NCBI GenBank assembly: GCA_049642065.1
Contig: JBAROK010000081.1
Coordinates: forward strand, 6,396 to 70,395
DNA: 64,000 nucleotides
Reading direction: 5' to 3'
Source of the DNA: Candidatus Omnitrophota bacterium
GTDB taxonomy: Bacteria; Omnitrophota; Gorgyraeia; Tantalellales; Tantalellaceae
The notes beneath the pieces are model-generated. The model was not told the DNA's origin. It saw only the letters and a list, made by a program, of their open reading frames with translations, and searched no databases. Positions 58,781 to 64,000 of this stretch are shown one piece after another; the stretch's first letter is position 1, and the number at the start of each line of letters is the position of its first letter. A program made the position numbers and the translations under genes.

Positions 58781-60585
58781 TCGAGAAGATGAAAAAGATC
58801 ACATTGCTGGTATCCGAGAACGTCCGGGCGGAGTTTGTCTCCAAGCTGCGTAAAGAGGGAGTGGTTCACGTTAAGCACGTAAAGGCGCCAACTGCGCACG
58901 ATATAACCTTCGTAGAGGACAAACTTGGAAAAATAAAAAAACTTATAGCCATGCTTGCTCCTTACGAGACAAAAGCTCCTGAAGAAACTCCCGCTATTGC
59001 ATGCGGAGAAAGAGCTATTCTCGATATCGCGGAAAAAGTACCTGAAGCGTACCGTGAAAAAAGTGAGTGCAAGGAAAACGTCCGGATGTTACGGAAACAA
59101 GTGCAGTGGTTTGAGACCTGGGGCGCTTTTGATCCGGCCGACCTAGATCTAGTGAAAGGAAAAGGGGTCAACTTAAGGTTCTATCGCTTGAGCAAACACC
59201 AGTTTGCCGAGCTTGGCAAAGACCCCCGGTACCATGTCATAAAAAAAGAAAAGGGATACATATACCTGGCGTTAATGTCTATGGAAGATGATGTGGATGT
59301 GCCTTTTGAGGAGGCGAGCGTTCCGCTTAAGAGACTGGAAGAGATAAAAGAAGATATTGAAGCGTTGGAAGAGATTGAGCGCGGCATAGATGAATATATT
59401 GCGGGAAAGGCCGCGTCTATTGATTCTATCCGGGGATGCGAACAGAAACTGCGCAAAGAACAAGAATCTTTAGAGGTCCGGTTCGGTATGCAGGAAGAAG
59501 GCAGGTTTTCATATCTTCAAGGCTTTTGTCCGGCAAGGTTCCTGGATAAAATTATTAACATGGCGAAGGCCCATGGGCTGGGATACCTGATAGAAGATCC
59601 GGACGATCCTGACGAGACCCCGACTCATATTACGAACCCTAAATGGGTGCGTGTGATAGATCCCGTTTTCAGTTTCATGAACACGTTGCCTGGGTATAAA
59701 GAGTTTGACATAAGCCCGTATTTCCTTATATTTTTCAGTATTTTCTTCGCGATGCTCATAGGCGATGCCGGGTACGGGACGATATTTCTTATTGCTACGT
59801 TTCTTATTAGACTCAAATTCCGGAAGCTTCCGTGGGAACCGTTCTTTTTGATGTATCTATTAAGTACGTGCACGATAATCTGGGGTGTTGTAACAGGGAC
59901 GTATTTCGGGGTCGAAAAAATAGCGGAGCTACCGGTGCTTCATAGTTTGGTAATACAGAAAATAAACAGTTTCACGGACGATAATCAGAACTTTATTATA
60001 TACATATGTTTTATCATAGGTGCGATTCAGCTAACTCTGGCGCATGCGCTTAGGGCGATAAGGGTGATAAATTCCGTAAGGGCCCTAGCGCAGGTAGGGT
60101 GGATATTGATACTGTGGGGCATGTTCTTTACTGCGGGCACACTTGTTATAGCACGGCCGTTCCCACCGTTTGCGATATGGCCGCTTGTAGCAGGGATAGT
60201 GATGGTTTTATTTTTTACGAATCCGGATAAGGGAATAATAAAAGGGCCGTTAAGCACGCTTGGCAATCTACCATTAAGCGTTATCGGCGCGTTTTCTGAT
60301 ATAGTTTCTTATCTGAGGCTTTTTGCTGTCGGGTACGCTACGGTGATAGTTGCTGGTAGCTTTAACGAGATGGCCATAGGTGGAGGAATAAAAAGCGTTA
60401 TGGGCGGCTTGGCTGCTGCTGCGATACTTTTTCTGGGCCATACGCTTAATATTATCCTGGGGTTCATGGCAGTTATAGTCCACGGCATTCGGCTTAACAT
60501 GCTTGAGTTTTCCGGGCACCTGGACATGCAATGGTCCGGTAAGAAATATGATCCGTTTAGGGAAAATGAAGTACTTCCGGAATGA
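58777..60585 (+). CDS. atpI: V-type ATP synthase subunit I (a-subunit)
   Basis: 602 aa, hydrophilic N-terminal half and multi-TM C-terminal half with the conserved Arg region. Confidence 0.85.
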   Translation: MIEKMKKITLLVSENVRAEFVSKLRKEGVVHVKHVKAPTAHDITFVEDKLGKIKKLIAMLAPYETKAPEETPAIACGERAILDIAEKVPEAYREKSECKENVRMLRKQVQWFETWGAFDPADLDLVKGKGVNLRFYRLSKHQFAELGKDPRYHVIKKEKGYIYLALMSMEDDVDVPFEEASVPLKRLEEIKEDIEALEEIERGIDEYIAGKAASIDSIRGCEQKLRKEQESLEVRFGMQEEGRFSYLQGFCPARFLDKIINMAKAHGLGYLIEDPDDPDETPTHITNPKWVRVIDPVFSFMNTLPGYKEFDISPYFLIFFSIFFAMLIGDAGYGTIFLIATFLIRLKFRKLPWEPFFLMYLLSTCTIIWGVVTGTYFGVEKIAELPVLHSLVIQKINSFTDDNQNFIIYICFIIGAIQLTLAHALRAIRVINSVRALAQVGWILILWGMFFTAGTLVIARPFPPFAIWPLVAGIVMVLFFTNPDKGIIKGPLSTLGNLPLSVIGAFSDIVSYLRLFAVGYATVIVAGSFNEMAIGGGIKSVMGGLAAAAILFLGHTLNIILGFMAVIVHGIRLNMLEFSGHLDMQWSGKKYDPFRENEVLPE

Positions 60586-60610
60586 ATGATGAGATAAAAA
60601 GGAGGAAATG

Positions 60611-61048
60611 ATGGTACAAGGGTTAGGAGACATGGGACTTTCGCTCTCTATAGCGGCGATAGGATCGGCTTTAGGTACCGGTGTCGCGGGCATGGCTGCG
60701 ATAGGTGCTTGGAAAAGAGCCTTTATGCAGAACAAGGCTGCGCCGTTCATACTTATTGCTTTTGTGGGTGCCCCGTTGTCGCAGACCATTTACGGCATGA
60801 TATTGAGGAATTCAATAAAGGCGGCCAACCTTGACCCGGCATCTTACCCGTTCCAGATAGTGCTGGGGTTAGCTGCGGGACTGGCGCTTGGTGCTTCTGC
60901 GTGGATGCAGGGGAAAGCCGGAGCCAGTGCGGCAGACGCTTTAGCCGAGACGGGCAAAGGGTTCGGTAATTACATAATGGTCCTGGGTGTCGTAGAGACT
61001 GTGGCTTTGTTTGTCATGGTATTTATCATGACAGCTTTACCGAAATAA
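60611..61048 (+). CDS. atpK: V-type ATP synthase proteolipid subunit K
   Basis: About 145 aa, 4 TM helices, Gly/Ala-rich c-ring motifs. AGGAGG RBS 5 nt before the second ATG; 60608 is also possible. Confidence 0.85.
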   Translation: MVQGLGDMGLSLSIAAIGSALGTGVAGMAAIGAWKRAFMQNKAAPFILIAFVGAPLSQTIYGMILRNSIKAANLDPASYPFQIVLGLAAGLALGASAWMQGKAGASAADALAETGKGFGNYIMVLGVVETVALFVMVFIMTALPK

Positions 61049-61068
61049 GGGAAAGTGCATTAACATTC

Positions 61069-61097
61069 TTGACCGCATGAAGGGTCTAAGCTATAAT
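61069..61097 (+). promoter_or_regulatory. Promoter for tRNA-Val(UAC)
   Basis: TTGACC-N17-TATAAT, 17 nt upstream of the tRNA 5' end. Confidence 0.55.
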
Positions 61098-61113
61098 ATT
61101 GACCCTGAAATCC

Positions 61114-61191
61114 GGGCGCGTAGCTCAGCTGGTTTAGAGCGCTACCCTTACAAGGTAGATGTCACAGGTTCGACTCCTGTCGCGCCCACCA
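61114..61191 (+). tRNA. tRNA-Val (anticodon UAC)
   Basis: 78 nt cloverleaf, anticodon stem CTACC/GGTAG, loop CUUACAA, A73, CCA encoded. Confidence 0.8.
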
Positions 61192-61247
61192 TTTTCCCTA
61201 TATAATAAAGGAAATATATATATAATATATAGGGTAGAGCTAAACAT

Positions 61248-61276
61248 TTGACGAAATAATTGTTCTGTGTTATAAA
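61248..61276 (+). promoter_or_regulatory. Promoter for tRNA-Asp
   Basis: TTGACG-N17-TATAAA. Confidence 0.45.
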
Positions 61277-61289
61277 ATTATACACATTT

Positions 61290-61366
61290 GGGGCGGTAGT
61301 TCAGTTGGCTAGAACGTCGGACTGTCGATCCGAAGGTCGCGGGTTCGAGCCCCGTCCGCCCCGCCA
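61290..61366 (+). tRNA. tRNA-Asp (anticodon GUC)
   Basis: 77 nt, GGGGCGGTAGTTCAGTTGG.., anticodon loop CUGUCGA, G73, CCA. Confidence 0.8.
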
Positions 61367-61373
61367 GTTTTAA

Positions 61374-61410
61374 AAAGCCCGGCTATTATTAAAGCCGGGC
61401 TTTTCTTTTT
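61374..61410. terminator. Bidirectional rho-independent terminator
   Basis: agcccggct-attattaa-agccgggct followed by tttcttttt. Lies between the convergent tRNA-Asp (+) and the MMPL gene (-). Confidence 0.6.
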
Positions 61411-61425
61411 AAAAGTGTCTTTTCT

Positions 61426-63669
61426 TTAAGTGGTGGAGACTGTATCCAGATCTTTGTCCAGGTCTTCGCTTTCCGCGGCCGGGATAACTGGTTCTTGGAT
61501 TTCGGGATCCGACTTTTCTCTTTTCATCTTTGCCTCCGCCAGAAGCGGAAGAACAAATACCGTAGATACCGAAGCAAGTATTGTGCCCAGGACTATTGAG
61601 ATTCCAAAACGTTGAGTAGGGGGAAAGGCTGACAGTCCGAAAATAGCGAACCCTGCGCTTACGATCAGCATAGAACTTAGAATAGGCTTCCAAAGGCGGG
61701 CTCGTGCCTGAAGCCAGGCAGATTTAGAGTCGATTCCTTTGGACGTACGCCGCCGGACGGCTGAAACCGTATGGATCATAGAATCTATTCCCATCCCGAT
61801 AGCGATATTAACAGCGGGCGCAGAAATGATATCTACAGGCACACGGAAAAGCCCCATGAAGCCGAAGACGCATATGGGGATCACTCCTAGGCTCAATACC
61901 ATCGCCAGCGATATTTTTAAAGAGCGTGAGACAATATAGGCGATGACTATAAAAAAAGCGATGAGCCGGACGAGTCCAAAAATAAGGCTGGAAGCAACAA
62001 GTTTAGATAACTCTCCCTGCAGAAGATATAACCCTCCCACCATTTCGGTGATAAATCCTTGTTTAGAAACGACGTTCTTAAGGCGGGTAACGACCTCTAT
62101 CCGGGAAGTGGTACGTCCCGCTTCTTTCATTCGTAAGAGGAAATGGCCGGACACATGATCGTCGGTAATAAAACTTCTGGCTATCTTATTGTACTCGGGT
62201 TTATTCATCCATTTCAGCAGGCTTTCCCAGGTTAAAAGGAAAGCCAGAGGAGCTCTTACACCTTCGGCCATAAGTACAGGCAGTGAAATAACGCTGCCGA
62301 CGGACTTATCGTTTTCCAGCGCTTCCTGAAGCTGCCAGAGCCGCTGGTACATGCGGTTAGTATTAAGTTTAGTGCCACTGGCGTCACGCACGACCAAATC
62401 AAGCGGGCTTGATCCGCCATTACGGTCGATGTATTCAAGACCCTCCCGTAACCTTCCACCCTTTTTAAAGAAAGCAAAAAGGCTAGGATCAGTGTTAAGG
62501 CGGGACAGTCCCGGCAGGCATATAGCGCATAATAGGGCGACTGTAACCGCTATCCAGACAGTTCGTCTTAGGAAGAAAGATCTGGCCCGTTCGCGATCTC
62601 CTTTTTCCTTGGCAGCGCGGGAAGGGCGTACGGTCTTCAAAAAAAGCGGGTATATGCCATAAGCAGCGGAGATACTTACCACGGTCCCTATAGCCCCGGA
62701 TATACCAAGCTCACGTAAAGGTTTTGCCTGCACGAAAAGCAAGCTGAGAAACCCCAGTAAAGTTGTTATCATGCACCAGAAGGACGCGGTAAATGTCATC
62801 CGCACCGCTTCAAAAACGGCAGTTTCCGGATCGTTACCTCTGGCCTGCGAAAGGTTTCTCCAGTTATGGGTTAAAAATATTATGTGGGAAAGAGTAAGGA
62901 CAAAAACGATGGTTGCCAGGTTCACCGTAAGTATGCCTATTTTTATCCCCGAAAGGCCGACAGTTAAAAGAGTAAGGATACATGCTTCTACGCAAGAAAC
63001 GAGGGTGCCTACGAATATCTTTATTGACCGGAAGATAAACACCATTACCGCGCCGAAAGCAAAAAAAGCTACGAGGCTGAATAGAGTCAAATCATGCACA
63101 AGGTTGCGGCGTATCATCTCCACAACATAAGGAACACCTGCTATCTGCAGCCTGAATGCAGAAGACTCTAAAAGGCCGATCACCGCCTCAAATTTCGGGA
63201 TGATCTCTTGAGGCGATACGTTCTCCAGGAAAGCCAGCATGTTAGACGAAAGCCCATCCTCCGATATAAGCAAACGCTTCCATAGCGGGCTTTCCTCGGC
63301 GTCTTTTACGTTCCGGGGGCCGGAAGTAAGACTTTTTACGCTAGATACTCCAGGGAAGAGTAAGGCCATGTCGGTAAAGACCCGGATACGCTCCAGGTAC
63401 TCCGGCGAAGAGATATTCCCCTTAGCGCTTATTACCAGCTGAGTTGCTTCTTGGGGAAAGATCTTGGAGATAAGTTTATCATACTGGAATTTCGGGTTAT
63501 CGCTGGAAAAGAAAAAATCGCTCCCGACCTGTGGCGTCAAGTTAACGGCTTGTGACAGTATTATGGCGGAGATCAAGACAGCGGCAATAAATCCTATAAG
63601 CGCCCAGGATTCTTTGCTAAGTTTTTTAGCGTAGTTAATAAAGGAATATTTTTGAAGCAGCGTGATCAT
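61426..63669 (-). CDS. MMPL/RND-superfamily exporter (COG1033-like, 12 TM)
   Basis: 747 aa, two periplasmic loops and two 6-TM bundles. ATG overlaps the stop of the upstream gene (ATGA). Confidence 0.7.
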   Translation of the reverse strand: MITLLQKYSFINYAKKLSKESWALIGFIAAVLISAIILSQAVNLTPQVGSDFFFSSDNPKFQYDKLISKIFPQEATQLVISAKGNISSPEYLERIRVFTDMALLFPGVSSVKSLTSGPRNVKDAEESPLWKRLLISEDGLSSNMLAFLENVSPQEIIPKFEAVIGLLESSAFRLQIAGVPYVVEMIRRNLVHDLTLFSLVAFFAFGAVMVFIFRSIKIFVGTLVSCVEACILTLLTVGLSGIKIGILTVNLATIVFVLTLSHIIFLTHNWRNLSQARGNDPETAVFEAVRMTFTASFWCMITTLLGFLSLLFVQAKPLRELGISGAIGTVVSISAAYGIYPLFLKTVRPSRAAKEKGDRERARSFFLRRTVWIAVTVALLCAICLPGLSRLNTDPSLFAFFKKGGRLREGLEYIDRNGGSSPLDLVVRDASGTKLNTNRMYQRLWQLQEALENDKSVGSVISLPVLMAEGVRAPLAFLLTWESLLKWMNKPEYNKIARSFITDDHVSGHFLLRMKEAGRTTSRIEVVTRLKNVVSKQGFITEMVGGLYLLQGELSKLVASSLIFGLVRLIAFFIVIAYIVSRSLKISLAMVLSLGVIPICVFGFMGLFRVPVDIISAPAVNIAIGMGIDSMIHTVSAVRRRTSKGIDSKSAWLQARARLWKPILSSMLIVSAGFAIFGLSAFPPTQRFGISIVLGTILASVSTVFVLPLLAEAKMKREKSDPEIQEPVIPAAESEDLDKDLDTVSTT

Positions 63670-64000
63670 TTTTCGACCAAAGAAGAAGTCTCGACACTTA
63701 AAGAGCCGTCCTGGCTTATGGTCAAGGTATACATAGTGCCGGGAATAAATATTTTTCCCGGGGCGTTAATTCTCGCGTTCTTCATTACTACGTTACTTGA
63801 GCTTTTCCCGTCAAGGGCATATCCCCACAGGGTTTTCCAGATCTCTTCTTCTTTGGGATTTTCGCTTCCCTTGATCTTGTAGGACCGGGGGACCGTGTTG
63901 ATCTTAGTAAGTTCGATCTGCTCTGTGGTGTTGCCTTGCGGCAGGAACGCTTTCCAGAAGAGGAGCGCTTTTTTATCCTTCAGATAATCAGCATTCTCGA
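63666..64000 (-). CDS. Partial CDS (C-terminal 111 aa), hypothetical; possibly a LolA-like partner of the MMPL exporter
   Basis: Hand translation of the minus strand runs open to the window edge and ends ..GKIFIPGTMYTLTISQDGSLSVETSSLVEK with TGA overlapping the MMPL ATG. No family assigned. Confidence 0.4.
   Translation of the reverse strand, partial: ENADYLKDKKALLFWKAFLPQGNTTEQIELTKINTVPRSYKIKGSENPKEEEIWKTLWGYALDGKSSSNVVMKNARINAPGKIFIPGTMYTLTISQDGSLSVETSSLVEK

Noticed and set aside
61192-61240. AT-rich inverted repeat ccctatata..tatataggg between tRNA-Val and tRNA-Asp
   Set aside because: A 9-bp AT-rich stem with a 21-nt loop and no U-tract; not convincingly a terminator.

Overview
Bacterial chromosome segment (~45% GC) spanning the replication origin, almost entirely conserved housekeeping genes. 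The centre holds dnaA (minus strand) with DnaA-box clusters on both sides; downstream on the minus strand run dnaN, a DUF721 protein, gyrB and gyrA, and diverging on the plus strand are rpmH-rnpA-yidD-yidC-jag(N-domain only)-parA-parB. After that come a PyrR-attenuated pyrR-pyrB-pyrC-(Mut7-C RNase-like)-pyrK-pyrD-pyrF-pyrE operon and a V-type ATPase operon in the chlamydial gene order (E-hyp-A-B-D-I-K). The left two thirds is one long minus-strand run of operons: xseA-xseB-dxs, korDABG (2-oxoacid:ferredoxin oxidoreductase), gltX-glnS-tRNA-Gln, rny-ymdB, an Fe-S/sulfur cluster (PP-loop ATPase, RseC-like, Nfu, IscR, NifS, NifU), rarA, an E. coli-like thrS-infC-rpmI-rplT-pheS-pheT operon, a tRNA-Val/Leu/Cys cluster, a Bacillus-like yicC-gmk-rpoZ-coaC-coaB block, ndk, rsmI and glmS. 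Eight tRNAs were identified by hand folding. Three small genes missed by the ORF track are supportable: rpmH (45 aa), a 56-aa CxxC..CxxC zinc-ribbon protein, and a 42-aa Lys-rich peptide. The more interesting observations are: two 18-bp parS-like palindromes (TGTTTC-CACGTG-GAAACA, 2 bp longer than canonical parS) upstream of parAB; a ~185-nt promoter-to-terminator unit between pheT and rarA with no ORF (6S-RNA-like candidate); infC starting at a non-AUG AUC codon; coaBC split by a single in-frame TAA; and a Mut7-C/PIN-like RNase gene embedded in the pyr operon. No CRISPR array, mobile element or obvious defence system was seen. Lineage is uncertain: the DUF1559-type prepilin and chlamydial V-ATPase order suggest a PVC-like or candidate-phylum bacterium.
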